Assembly: GCA_051874695.1 (NCBI GenBank)
Contig: JBJEGC010000012.1
Span: 328-64,327, forward strand
From: Candidatus Bruticola sp.
GTDB lineage: Bacteria; Vulcanimicrobiota; Xenobia; Xenobiales; Xenobiaceae
Direction of reading: 5' to 3'
DNA length: 64,000 nt
The position numbers and the translations under genes are program-made. This document shows, piece after piece, positions 55,010 through 64,000 of the stretch (the stretch's first letter is position 1; each line of letters starts with the position of its first letter). The notes under the pieces are model-generated. The model worked only from the letters and a program-made list of their open reading frames with translations. It was not told the origin of the DNA and ran no database searches.

Positions 55010-56512
55010 CTATGAAACTTCCTTCATAACAGATTCCCCCTCTGCAGACAAATTCGTCAGCTTTTTTAGATACTTGGCGGCCGTACTTAGCGAGTTTTCT
55101 ATAGAGTGATCTAGATTGTTATACCAGAAGCGGCCGGTGCGTCCTAACAACTCCAGATTGTCGAAAGCAGAGCATTCTTTTTCTAATAGGTTGAGTCTGT
55201 CAATGTAATTGAGGCTGTAGATAGGATAGGCGTCTCTAATTTTTTCTACTTTGGCGTCAAGGACTTTAAAGCTTTCGTCAATAACGCCGACCTGCTTTAG
55301 CTCTTGAATCAGACGGGGAATAAGCTTGTCTGGATTATGCCACATGTCGTCTTGATATTGACAGGTTATTTCCAGACACAGCCCGCCCCGTCCGTCGGGA
55401 GCGCAACTTGAACTAAAGCATGATGGATTGGATATGCGAGAAAACAGCAGGTTCTTGTCACCGAAATAGCACCACTGCGAGCGATGCAGGGGAGGCTTAT
55501 CTAGCATTACTGAACAAATGAGTTGCGATCTGTAGTCTAATTGGGTAGGCGTCAGATTTAATTTGTCAGTCAGTTCGTTAATGGAGGCGCTCCAGGCCAA
55601 TTCCTGACATTCGATTTTTCCTTCAGGGGTAATCACTTCGCTAATTTTGCTCTTGCCGTTGTTGTCTGTGCTGCGTATCAAAGCAGATACTTCGCTTTGA
55701 GTTATAATTTCGCCGCCCATAGCTGTTATACGCTGTTGACAACTCTCCCAAAAAGAGCAAATGCCTCCCTCTTTGGGATAGAGAAAATTGAGCTCTGCTT
55801 TCTTGGGCAGCAGCATCAGTTTAAATATTTCAAACAGGGAAGCCGTGTTTACGTTGTCGTCGATAGTAGCCCGCTCTAATCCTATTTTCGCCCAATTGCG
55901 GTGGGTATTTTCTGTAGAGATGCCGACAAATTTCTCGGTGTAATCTTTAAAAAAAGTTTCATATAAAGTTTTTCCGTAACGGCATAACACGTAATCTTTA
56001 AAAGTGAGGCTGGAACGGCGGTTGCTTCGTCCGGTTCTGAGAATCATGTCCAAGCCGGCTTGTATAGCCACTTGGGGAGGAAGTTTGGCTATGGTCGCCA
56101 AGCGCAGAGGCCACTCATGATAGTGGCCCATAAAGTATACTTGGGAGAACCGAGGAATTTCCGCAAAGCTGTCGCCATGGACTTCTTTTAAAAACCGATT
56201 CACTTTCGGATTTTGTGAGTAGAATCGATGGGGACCTATATCGAAAGACCAATCTCCGTAGTGAAAAGTGCGCGACAGACCGCCTACTTTTTTTTCTCTC
56301 TCTATAACTACAGTAGGTAGTCCGGCCTTACACAAATAATAAGCCAACGTTAGACCGGCAGCTCCGCCTCCCACAATTACATAGCGCTTCAAGGAAGATC
56401 TCTCCAAAACAAAAATTATCTTCGGCTTATGAACTGACGGGAGCTTTATGCTTCTTACAGAGAAGTCCGGAGTTGCTCTCCGGAGTATATAAGCGCATAG
56501 CGAACTATCCAA
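55010..56512 (-). CDS. FAD-dependent oxidoreductase (amine oxidase / phytoene desaturase / UDP-galactopyranose-mutase-like Rossmann family)
   Basis: YVIVGGGAAGLTLAYYLCKAGLPTVVIEREKKVGG dinucleotide-binding motif. The true start may lie just upstream of this motif. Confidence 0.7.
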   Translation of the reverse strand: MDSSLCAYILRRATPDFSVRSIKLPSVHKPKIIFVLERSSLKRYVIVGGGAAGLTLAYYLCKAGLPTVVIEREKKVGGLSRTFHYGDWSFDIGPHRFYSQNPKVNRFLKEVHGDSFAEIPRFSQVYFMGHYHEWPLRLATIAKLPPQVAIQAGLDMILRTGRSNRRSSLTFKDYVLCRYGKTLYETFFKDYTEKFVGISTENTHRNWAKIGLERATIDDNVNTASLFEIFKLMLLPKKAELNFLYPKEGGICSFWESCQQRITAMGGEIITQSEVSALIRSTDNNGKSKISEVITPEGKIECQELAWSASINELTDKLNLTPTQLDYRSQLICSVMLDKPPLHRSQWCYFGDKNLLFSRISNPSCFSSSCAPDGRGGLCLEITCQYQDDMWHNPDKLIPRLIQELKQVGVIDESFKVLDAKVEKIRDAYPIYSLNYIDRLNLLEKECSAFDNLELLGRTGRFWYNNLDHSIENSLSTAAKYLKKLTNLSAEGESVMKEVS

Positions 56513-56867
56513 GTATCCTATTCAGCCGGGGCCGGTGAGGTTCTTCTTTAATGTAAAGCTAACCTGCCATTTTTCAGGGAGTTGAGCCTTTTTTTTAGCT
56601 GAAGGAAGTAAATTGAAATTTGCAACTTTTTTTAAATTTGCGCCATAATTTAAAAACAATTTAGTCTCATTTTTGTTGTTGGACGTATATAGTCTCTAAC
56701 AGTATATTTTTTGTGTAATATTATACAATATTACAAATGTAATGCGCCAAAAATAGTACAATATTTTGTTTGAAAAAATGTTTGCTTATACAATAAAATG
56801 TTTTATTATTTGCTACATATAGTATATTTTTGAGATGATGAACCCAAAAAAATGATGTCGATAAATT

Positions 56868-56905
56868 TTGACGCCGTTGACGAAAATTTTCGGCTTTTAT
56901 AGTAT
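56868..56905 (+). promoter_or_regulatory. candidate sigma-70 promoter for the dcw cluster
   Basis: Tandem TTGACG hexamers, then a 15-17 nt spacer, then TATAGT/TAGTAT. Lies about 400 nt upstream of rsmH. Confidence 0.3.
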
Positions 56906-57314
56906 TGGCTTGAAGTTGTGGCTGTAAAAAGAAATTAACAACTTTTTAGATTGTAAGTTTGCTGTGTCGGGATGCACCTTGTTCTCAGAAATTAGCTCTG
57001 ATCGGAGCCGATGGTTATTTGAGAATAAGTTGGCGACAACTTGACATTGTGGGCTGAATTCAAATCAGAAGCTTTGGCTGAAGACTTGGAGGCGAAGATC
57101 TTTGATTAACGCAGCCTATAAGAAAGACAACGTTTATCCAATGCTGGCCCAGATGGGAATTAACCGATGGCATCGGGTCACGGGAATCCGATCTGGCGGA
57201 GAACATAAATCAGAAAATCATGTCACTATACGCCTTTCAATAGGGCTTGTTTCTTCCTCTAGTCCGTTCGCCTTACTTCCAAATTTAAAAGAAATGAGAT
57301 CAGCCGAGTAATTT

Positions 57315-58301
57315 ATGAGCAATTACCATGTTCCTGTACTTCTGCATGAAGCTTTAGAGCTCTTAAACATAAGGAGTGGCTGCATCTATGTTGACGCTAC
57401 TCTTGGAGGTGGCGGACATACTCTAGCTATTTTAAAAAAGCTCAGAGAGTGCGGAGGGGGTTGCCTGTTCTCTATTGATCAAGATCCTGAAGCTGTGGCT
57501 GAAGCTGAGCATGTTGTTAAAGAAAGCGGAGTTCTGGAAGGTGACGAGGGGCAGAGAGTTCGCTTTTCTATTTTGCAGGGCAATTTTTCACAGATGAAAG
57601 AGATGCTGGAGCTGGCCGGAGTCAGTGCGATCGATGGTGTGCTCATGGATTTGGGCGTTTCTTCACATCAGTTGGATGCGCCTTGGCGCGGTTTTTCCTT
57701 CAGAAATGACGGAAAGCTCGATATGCGTATGTCCGGCTCGTCCGATCTTGCCAGTGCCGCCGATTTGGTAAATAACGCTTCTTATGAAGAATTGAGAGAT
57801 ATTATAAGCCGCTGGGGCGAGGAACGGTACGCTGGTCGAATTGCGGCAGCAATCGTTAGGGAACGCGTTGTTAAACCTATCTCGACTACGTTTGAGTTGG
57901 CTGATATTATTTCGCAGGCGGTGCCGGTTCATAAAGCTTATTCCGGATTTCATGGAAGGACAATCCATCCTGCCACCAGAACATTCCAGGGATTGCGCAT
58001 TGCCGTAAATAATGAAATTTTTGTGTTGAAGCGAGGCGTTGAAAGCGCTCTGGAACTACTTAATTCGAAAGGGCGCGCAGTCGTTATCAGTTATCACTCT
58101 CTGGAAGATAGGATTGTCAAGACCGCTTTTAAAAGTGGCTTGGGACGATGCAAATGTCCGCCTCTTGCTCCGGTATGTACTTGTGGTGCCAGAGCTATTT
58201 TCAAAGAACTCACTAAGCGTCCGCTGCTTCCAAGCACTGATGAATTGGAAGCTAATCCCCGCTCCCGTTCGGCAAAGCTTCGTTCCGTAGAAAAATTATA
58301 G
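57315..58301 (+). CDS. rsmH: 16S rRNA (cytosine1402-N4)-methyltransferase RsmH (MraW)
   Basis: HVPVLLHEALELL, YVDATLGGGGHT, DLGVSSHQLD and GFSFR motifs. Confidence 0.9.
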   Translation: MSNYHVPVLLHEALELLNIRSGCIYVDATLGGGGHTLAILKKLRECGGGCLFSIDQDPEAVAEAEHVVKESGVLEGDEGQRVRFSILQGNFSQMKEMLELAGVSAIDGVLMDLGVSSHQLDAPWRGFSFRNDGKLDMRMSGSSDLASAADLVNNASYEELRDIISRWGEERYAGRIAAAIVRERVVKPISTTFELADIISQAVPVHKAYSGFHGRTIHPATRTFQGLRIAVNNEIFVLKRGVESALELLNSKGRAVVISYHSLEDRIVKTAFKSGLGRCKCPPLAPVCTCGARAIFKELTKRPLLPSTDELEANPRSRSAKLRSVEKL

Positions 58302-58371
58302 CTCAGTAAATGCAGATGTTTATGTTTCTTTGACTACTAATTTGGAATCTGCTTTATGGGAAAGGAAAGTC

Positions 58372-58839
58372 ATGTCTCAGTTTAGCGTGCAGCGAGCTCA
58401 TATAAATCTCCCTAAACTGCCGGAATGGGCCAGGCAGCTTCGAAGAACGGTTCGTTCTGCAGAAGAACTAAGCGATCTTTCAGTTCAGGCCGAAAATGAA
58501 CTTCCTAAGTTAGCCGTACTACCTAAAGTGTGGTGTTTTTGTGTCTTTTCCATTGTGATATCCTTGGTTTTTCTGATGACTTTTCAATATGCCGGTATTG
58601 TTGAAGTTCAGTATGAACTGAACAGAGCCCAGTCCAAGCTGGCCGCTCTAAAAGATGACCAGCTTAAATTAAAAATTGAAGTTGAAAAGTTATCTTCGGT
58701 TGAGCGGATTAGCCCGCAAGCTATTGCTCTTGGTATGGAAGTACCTCGTCCTGATAAAGTTCATCTCGTTAAGCTGCACTCCTCAGCCAGTAACGGTGAA
58801 GTCAAGGCCGTTTATTACCCTCCTGTTCGTAAAAAGTGA
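58372..58839 (+). CDS. ftsL: FtsL-like cell division protein (single TM helix plus coiled coil)
   Basis: Sits between rsmH and ftsI. One TM helix (VWCFCVFSIVISLVFLMTF), then a leucine-rich coiled coil. The start is placed at the ATG after AGGAAAG. Confidence 0.5.
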   Translation: MSQFSVQRAHINLPKLPEWARQLRRTVRSAEELSDLSVQAENELPKLAVLPKVWCFCVFSIVISLVFLMTFQYAGIVEVQYELNRAQSKLAALKDDQLKLKIEVEKLSSVERISPQAIALGMEVPRPDKVHLVKLHSSASNGEVKAVYYPPVRKK

Positions 58840-59173
58840 AGATCTACTTTTTGGGTTGCTTATTTGGTTTGATTATGTTGTAGATGCATTTTTGCCGTTA
58901 GTGCATATTTTTGTACTGGTTTTGTGTATATAATACTTGTGCGAGTTAATACCTGAAGTTATAATCTCCTCCAATGAGGGGAACTTGAATTTTTTTTATG
59001 AGTTTCATTGCAGAAGCTGTAGGCATTTAGGTGATCGTTGCGCCCGTTTGAATTTGTTCACCGTTGGGTAGCGGGCTTAGAACTTGTGTTGGTCGTCTCT
59101 TTATTGAGGGTGTCTCAAATCCTGTCTCCCCAGCCTTTTGGGCTTTTCGGCAATAACATTTGGTGATAATACG

Positions 59174-61024
59174 ATGGAAAAAGATTTTCATAGCTGTTTT
59201 CGCAAACGTGTTATTACGATCTTTATCGTGTTAGTTGCGTGTTTTGCCGCGGTAGCAATGCGTCAGCTGTGGATGCAATGGTTTGCGGGCAGTTTTTATG
59301 CTTCATGGGCAGATAAACTTCAGGCTAGTATAAAAGAGGGCAAAGGAAAAACCATTGGTTTACGGGGATCTATTTTAGATCGCAACCGCGTAGTTCTGGC
59401 TGCCAGCCGACGTCGATACGAGATTAGATGTCATCCTTACCTAGTTAAAAATGCTGCCGAAACGAGTGCCATACTGGCCCCCGTTCTCAAGATGGATCAG
59501 CAGAAGCTGTTTAAAATTTTAAATACTGACAACAATTTTGAGGTTCTGAACGAGAATGCTCCAGATGAGATGCTCTCTGAGCTTAGGAAATTGAAGGCGT
59601 CATCTGAAGATGACGATGACAAATATTCTCTCGGAGCTATCGAAATTACAGAGGCTGAGTCGGGTTTCCGCTACTATCCTAAAGGGCGTTTGGCCTCTCA
59701 AGTTTTAGGTTTTGTCGACTTCGATAGTGGGGAAGGTCGCGACGGAATAGAGGCTTTTTTCGATCAGGAACTCTCTCATAGAGTGGCTTCTCATGCTGAT
59801 GAACAGGTCGATCGTTACGGTGGTGTCGTTCCTGGGGCGCCGGTGTTTGTCCGCGATAAGAAAAATGACAGTCAGTCTATCGACGGTTGCAGTGTCGTTT
59901 TGACAATAGACGAGTTCGTCCAGTTTGTGGCTGAAGAAGAGCTGCGAAAACAGGTTATAAAGTTTGGGGCTGTTGGAGGCTCTGTGCTCATTATGGATGC
60001 CAAGAGCGCCGATATTCTGGCCATGGCTAATTACCCCGATTTTGAGCCTCAGCGATATTACGCTTATCCTGTAGAATCTTATGTCAACGGGATTGCCTGT
60101 TATTGCTATGAGCCGGGCTCCATTTTTAAGGTTCTTACCGCTTGTGCAGCCATTAAAAATGGTTATTCGAGTACTTCTCTGTTTCCTTGCCCCGATGCCG
60201 TTCCTGTTGGCGGTGAAGTAATTCATAACGCTGAAGATGGACTATATTCTCGTGGTGTAGAAACTATAGCCGATATAATTGCCTACTCTTTTAACACAGG
60301 CACTGTCAATATGGCTCTGGTGCTGGGGGCCGAAAAGTTAGGTACGAGTTTGGAAGATTTCGGCATCGGTCAGGAAACCGGTATCGAGGTTAGCGGTGAG
60401 TCTTGCGGGCTGTTTTTTTCTTGGAAAGATTGGAGCAAACTGACCATGGCCAATATATCTTTCGGACAGGCTGTCGGTATCACTCCTTTACAGTTAGGAT
60501 CTGCCATCCAGGCTGTGGCCAACGATGGTGTGCGCATGAAGCCTCATTTGGTTAAAGAGATCATAACCCCCAAAGGTGAGGTGGTTAAGTCGTACTCAAG
60601 GACGAAGAGGGATCACAAGGTTGTTCACTCTCTAAAGCCTGAGGTGCTAATCCGTCCGATCAGCAAAGAAGGCGCTAAACAAGTTCGCAGCATAATGGCC
60701 GGCGTAGTTAGTGTCGGGTCCGGCAAGCGAGCTAGAGTTCCGGGGTACAAGGTCGGCGGTAAAACTGGCACTGCCCAAATAGCCGAAGGTGCACGAGGTT
60801 ATCTGCCTAATCAGTATACCGCAGGTTTTGTCGGAATAGCTCCCATAGACGATCCTGCTGTCGTAATAGTAATAAAGATTGATCGGCCCAAAAAAGAATA
60901 TTATGGCGGTCGGGTGGCTGCTCCTGTATTCAGTAGTATATGCAAAAGAATTTTGCCGGTTTTGGGGGTTCCTCCCGTTCCAGGATATGTTCAGGAAGAA
61001 TATGAGCCCGGAAATGTAAAGTAA
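59174..61024 (+). CDS. ftsI: peptidoglycan D,D-transpeptidase FtsI / PBP3-class penicillin-binding protein
   Basis: N-terminal TM helix and dimerisation domain. Transpeptidase motifs YEPGSIFK (SxxK), SFN-like SFNTG, and KTGTA. Confidence 0.85.
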   Translation: MEKDFHSCFRKRVITIFIVLVACFAAVAMRQLWMQWFAGSFYASWADKLQASIKEGKGKTIGLRGSILDRNRVVLAASRRRYEIRCHPYLVKNAAETSAILAPVLKMDQQKLFKILNTDNNFEVLNENAPDEMLSELRKLKASSEDDDDKYSLGAIEITEAESGFRYYPKGRLASQVLGFVDFDSGEGRDGIEAFFDQELSHRVASHADEQVDRYGGVVPGAPVFVRDKKNDSQSIDGCSVVLTIDEFVQFVAEEELRKQVIKFGAVGGSVLIMDAKSADILAMANYPDFEPQRYYAYPVESYVNGIACYCYEPGSIFKVLTACAAIKNGYSSTSLFPCPDAVPVGGEVIHNAEDGLYSRGVETIADIIAYSFNTGTVNMALVLGAEKLGTSLEDFGIGQETGIEVSGESCGLFFSWKDWSKLTMANISFGQAVGITPLQLGSAIQAVANDGVRMKPHLVKEIITPKGEVVKSYSRTKRDHKVVHSLKPEVLIRPISKEGAKQVRSIMAGVVSVGSGKRARVPGYKVGGKTGTAQIAEGARGYLPNQYTAGFVGIAPIDDPAVVIVIKIDRPKKEYYGGRVAAPVFSSICKRILPVLGVPPVPGYVQEEYEPGNVK

Positions 61025-61053
61025 TAACTAAAAGGAGAGCGCAGTGGAAGGTC

Positions 61054-62655
61054 ATGGCTAGTGTATCGGAGTTAAGTCAGCTAATAGAAAGTGCTGAAGT
61101 TATAGGCGATCCCTCTACAGAGGTCAATAAGTTGAGCTGTGATTCCAGGCGGGTTGCCCCTGGAGATCTATTTGTGTGTATAACCGGATTTCAGAGTGAT
61201 GGCCACGCTTTCGCAGCCGAAGCGTTGGATAGGGGCGCTGCTGCTCTAGTAATGGAACATGTTCCGGAGAAATTGGCTTCTTCCGGTGTAGCTATTATAA
61301 AAACACCTGATACCCGAAAGGCCTTGGCTGTTCTCTCTGCTAAATTCTGCGGATATCCTGCTGCAAAGTTAAAAACTATTGTTGGCATAACCGGCACTAA
61401 CGGAAAAACTACCACTTCTTACCTTACTGAAGCCGTTCTCAAAGAAGCTGGATATAATCCTGGAATGCTTGGTACCATCGAAGCTCATGTCGCCGGAAAG
61501 TCGTACCCACTTTCCAATACTACTCCTGAATCGTTCGATTTGCACAAAATGTTTGCCGACATGGTTGGTGCCGGTCAGGATAGTGTTGTCATGGAGGTCT
61601 CTTCTCACGCGTTGGCCCTGAATCGGGTTTACGGAATTCCGTTTGATATTGCTGTTTTCACTAATTTGACTCAAGATCATCTGGATTTCCATGAAACTAT
61701 GGAAAAATATTTCCTGGCTAAAGCTAAGTTGTTTACAAATTTGGGTATTTATAGCGATCGGGCCGTCAGTCCTTTTGCCATCATCAATCTTGACGATCCT
61801 TACGGCGAGCGTTTGGTTGAACTTATAAAGAATAGAGTGCCGTTTATAACTTATGGTACTCCCAAAAATGCTGATGTGCGAGCTTACAATGTCCAGGCCG
61901 ATCCTAGTGGATTGAGCTTTACAGTTGAGACCAGAGTCGGCGCATACGACGTCAACTTGCAGTTTTCCGGCCTCTTTAATTTGCATAATGCTTTAGCCGC
62001 CTTCTCTGTAGGTATGGCTCTGCGCCTTGATTGCAAATCTATTGTTAAGGCTTTAGAATCGGTTACTGCTGTACCCGGGCGGTTCCAGCTTGTGCGTAAG
62101 GGGCAAAGCTTTACTGTGATTGTCGATTACGCTCACACTCCAGATGGTTTGGCTAATCTGCTCGACTCGGCTCGCGCTATTACTAAAGGAAAACTGAGCT
62201 TAGTTTTCGGCTGCGGAGGAGATCGCGATAAAGGCAAACGGCCCATTATGGGGCGTTTAGCCGTTGAGAAAGCTGATAAAATTTACATTACTAGCGATAA
62301 TCCGCGCAGCGAGAATCCTGAAAGTATCGTTCAGCAGATTTTGGCTGGCATCTCAAGTGACAATATGCAATATGTTGAAATAATCCTGGATCGGGCTGAA
62401 GCAATATCTAAGGCGGTGAATAGTGCTAAAGTCGGCGATACTGTAGTTATTGCCGGCAAAGGACATGAAACTTATCAAAAGTTGCGTGATTCGACCGTTT
62501 ATTTCGACGACGTAAAGCAAGCCGAGTTGGCTTTAAGCAAAATGGCTTTAGGAAATAATTGCGATTACTTTAGTTCGAGCAAAGTTCGTATGGTTGCCAA
62601 ATGGAATCGTCCAGCTCTGGACCATAGTCGCTATGTCATGGATAGTTCTTTATAG
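61054..62655 (+). CDS. murE: UDP-N-acetylmuramoyl-L-alanyl-D-glutamate--2,6-diaminopimelate ligase MurE
   Basis: GITGTNGKTTTSYL P-loop, DSRRVAPGDLFV, and C-terminal DNPR motif (TSDNPRSENP). Confidence 0.9.
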   Translation: MASVSELSQLIESAEVIGDPSTEVNKLSCDSRRVAPGDLFVCITGFQSDGHAFAAEALDRGAAALVMEHVPEKLASSGVAIIKTPDTRKALAVLSAKFCGYPAAKLKTIVGITGTNGKTTTSYLTEAVLKEAGYNPGMLGTIEAHVAGKSYPLSNTTPESFDLHKMFADMVGAGQDSVVMEVSSHALALNRVYGIPFDIAVFTNLTQDHLDFHETMEKYFLAKAKLFTNLGIYSDRAVSPFAIINLDDPYGERLVELIKNRVPFITYGTPKNADVRAYNVQADPSGLSFTVETRVGAYDVNLQFSGLFNLHNALAAFSVGMALRLDCKSIVKALESVTAVPGRFQLVRKGQSFTVIVDYAHTPDGLANLLDSARAITKGKLSLVFGCGGDRDKGKRPIMGRLAVEKADKIYITSDNPRSENPESIVQQILAGISSDNMQYVEIILDRAEAISKAVNSAKVGDTVVIAGKGHETYQKLRDSTVYFDDVKQAELALSKMALGNNCDYFSSSKVRMVAKWNRPALDHSRYVMDSSL

Positions 62656-62765
62656 GCACCTTATAATTAGCGTCCTCTTAGCGTGAGTTCTGCCTCTGCT
62701 GAGAGGATTTTGTTTTAACTGTACTACTTTATCATTCACGAGAAACGGAATTTCAGAATATTTTT

Positions 62766-64000
62766 ATGGTCGAAATTTGGAAAACAGAAACAATAGTTAA
62801 AGTTCTTCAGACCAAACTTCCTAAACAAGTACCCGGTAATTTTGTTTTTGCCGGCCTTTTCACCGACAGCCGTCGTCCTATATCCGGAGGCTTGTTTGTA
62901 CCTCTGTGCGGTGAGCGTTTCAATGGCCACAAATTTGTAGAAACTGCTATAAAAGACGGGGCGGCGGCTTCTCTCTGGTCGTTGCGTGAGGCCGGAGATA
63001 TTAAGCCGCCTCAAGAGTGCTCCGGCAAGCTTATTTACGTTGATTCCTGTCTTCAGGCTTATCTTCTTTTAAGCGGTTACTATTTGCACTGTTGCGGTGC
63101 TAAGGTTCTGGCTGTAACCGGTTCAGTGGGAAAAACAACAGTAAAAGATTTTGTTAATTCCATTCTTAGCCAACGTTATAAGGTCGCTGCCACTATTGCC
63201 AATCACAACAACGAGGTGGGCTTTGCCGAAACCCTTTTGTCTCTGCGCTCGGATACTGATTGGGCTGTCACTGAAATGGGTATGCGGGCTCGGGGAGAGA
63301 TTGATCGTTTAGCTAAAATAGCTGTTCCTCAGATCAGCGTTATTGGCACTATAGGTGAGTCTCATTTAGAGAGGCTAGGGAGCAGACATGAAATAGCTCT
63401 AGCTAAAGCTGAACTTTTGGACAACAGCGATTCTGAAGGGGTGTCTATTCTGCCGGCAGATTCTGATTTTTATGAACTTTTATGTCAGCATGCTAAAGGA
63501 AGGTGCATTTCTTTCGGTGTGCAGAACGGCGATGCTGATTGGCATTTGCTTGAGGTTAAAGAAAAAATTCAATTGGCAGAATCTTGTGATAATGGCAACA
63601 TGCGGCGTCTGATTTGGGGACAGACTGTGCGTTTTGTTTCTCCTTCGGGAATTAGAGAAGTGTTTCTCCCTGTGCCCGGAGTACATAACTGTGCTAATAT
63701 GCTGGCTGCTTTAGCCGCTTGTTATGAGGCAGGAGTTAATCTGGAAGAAGCAGCTCGCGGCATTTCTTCCTGTCGGCTAACCGGCAAAAGGTTGCAGATT
63801 GAGGTCGCTCCGGACGGTACCGTTTTAATTGATGATTCATACAATGCTGCCCCCAGTTCAGTAAGAGCCGCTCTAGAGTTGATGCCTAAACTGCCGACTC
63901 TGTTGGATTCGGTCGGTTTGTACATTTCCCAAAACAGAGAACAAAGGCGTCGCTTGGCTGTTTTGGGAGATATGCTTGAATTGGGGACTGAAGAACAGGA
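62766..64000 (+). CDS. murF: UDP-N-acetylmuramoyl-tripeptide--D-alanyl-D-alanine ligase MurF (3' partial; not in ORF track because the frame is open to the window end)
   Basis: FTDSRRPISGGLFVPLCGERFNGHKFVETAIKDGAAA and AVTGSVGKTTVKDF P-loop. The frame stays open through position 64000. Confidence 0.8.
   Translation, partial: MVEIWKTETIVKVLQTKLPKQVPGNFVFAGLFTDSRRPISGGLFVPLCGERFNGHKFVETAIKDGAAASLWSLREAGDIKPPQECSGKLIYVDSCLQAYLLLSGYYLHCCGAKVLAVTGSVGKTTVKDFVNSILSQRYKVAATIANHNNEVGFAETLLSLRSDTDWAVTEMGMRARGEIDRLAKIAVPQISVIGTIGESHLERLGSRHEIALAKAELLDNSDSEGVSILPADSDFYELLCQHAKGRCISFGVQNGDADWHLLEVKEKIQLAESCDNGNMRRLIWGQTVRFVSPSGIREVFLPVPGVHNCANMLAALAACYEAGVNLEEAARGISSCRLTGKRLQIEVAPDGTVLIDDSYNAAPSSVRAALELMPKLPTLLDSVGLYISQNREQRRRLAVLGDMLELGTEEQ

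Noticed and set aside
57102-57311. 69-aa ORF just upstream of rsmH (checked as a possible mraZ).
   Set aside because: No similarity to MraZ motifs, no RBS, and it overlaps the 17-nt repeat.
62736-63014. 92-aa minus-strand ORF overlapping the murF start.
   Set aside because: Antisense to the conserved MurF N-terminus.
1-64000. Search for CRISPR arrays, rRNA, intact tRNAs, transposases, integrases, reverse transcriptases (DGR or retron) and classical TA pairs.
   Set aside because: No regularly spaced direct repeats, no rRNA-like segments and no recognisable mobile-element enzymes were seen. Absence is by eye only and should be confirmed computationally.

Overview
64-kb chromosomal segment from an unidentified bacterium, about 45-47% GC and densely coding (about 55 genes). 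Several genes appear to start on TTG, and Shine-Dalgarno sites are GGAGG-like, for example GGGGGAGGG before two genes. MutL carries the DQHA(X)2E(X)4E endonuclease motif, which points to a non-gamma-proteobacterial lineage with no MutH.

Housekeeping backbone:
- ackA (5' partial)
- mutL
- dnaG-rpoD
- a DEAD-box helicase
- an rluB-like pseudouridine synthase
- a yjbQ-like gene
- tsaC/sua5
- the start of a dcw cluster, rsmH-ftsL-ftsI-murE-murF (3' partial), with no mraZ; an 800-nt AT-rich non-coding leader sits where mraZ would be

Accessory and unusual content:
1. A stand-alone FlhA/SctV cytoplasmic-domain gene, translationally coupled to an MFS-like membrane protein.
2. A 1031-aa protein that fuses an N-terminal MerR/excisionase-type HTH, a (PE)n linker and a 750-aa coiled coil.
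3. An orphan pseudopilin/GspF operon with no ATPase or secretin in the window, next to a REC-SARP regulator.
4. A Fic-domain protein with a GNSR (not GNGR) active-site motif.
5. A block of unknown genes: a Cys-rich protein, two tandem paralogs each with a central zinc ribbon, and a CHAP-domain hydrolase that lacks a signal peptide.
6. A minus-strand glycan/secondary-modification cluster: a heparinase II/III-like gene, two DegT aminotransferases (one fused to a proline-rich repeat tail), four consecutive radical-SAM enzymes (two B12-binding class B, two SPASM/twitch) and an FAD oxidoreductase. Identical 17-nt direct repeats bracket the FAD-oxidoreductase gene and the AT-rich leader.

I found no rRNA, no intact tRNA, no CRISPR array and no transposase or integrase. 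A few coordinates read by eye may be off by 1-2 nt; CDS coordinates follow the supplied ORF track.
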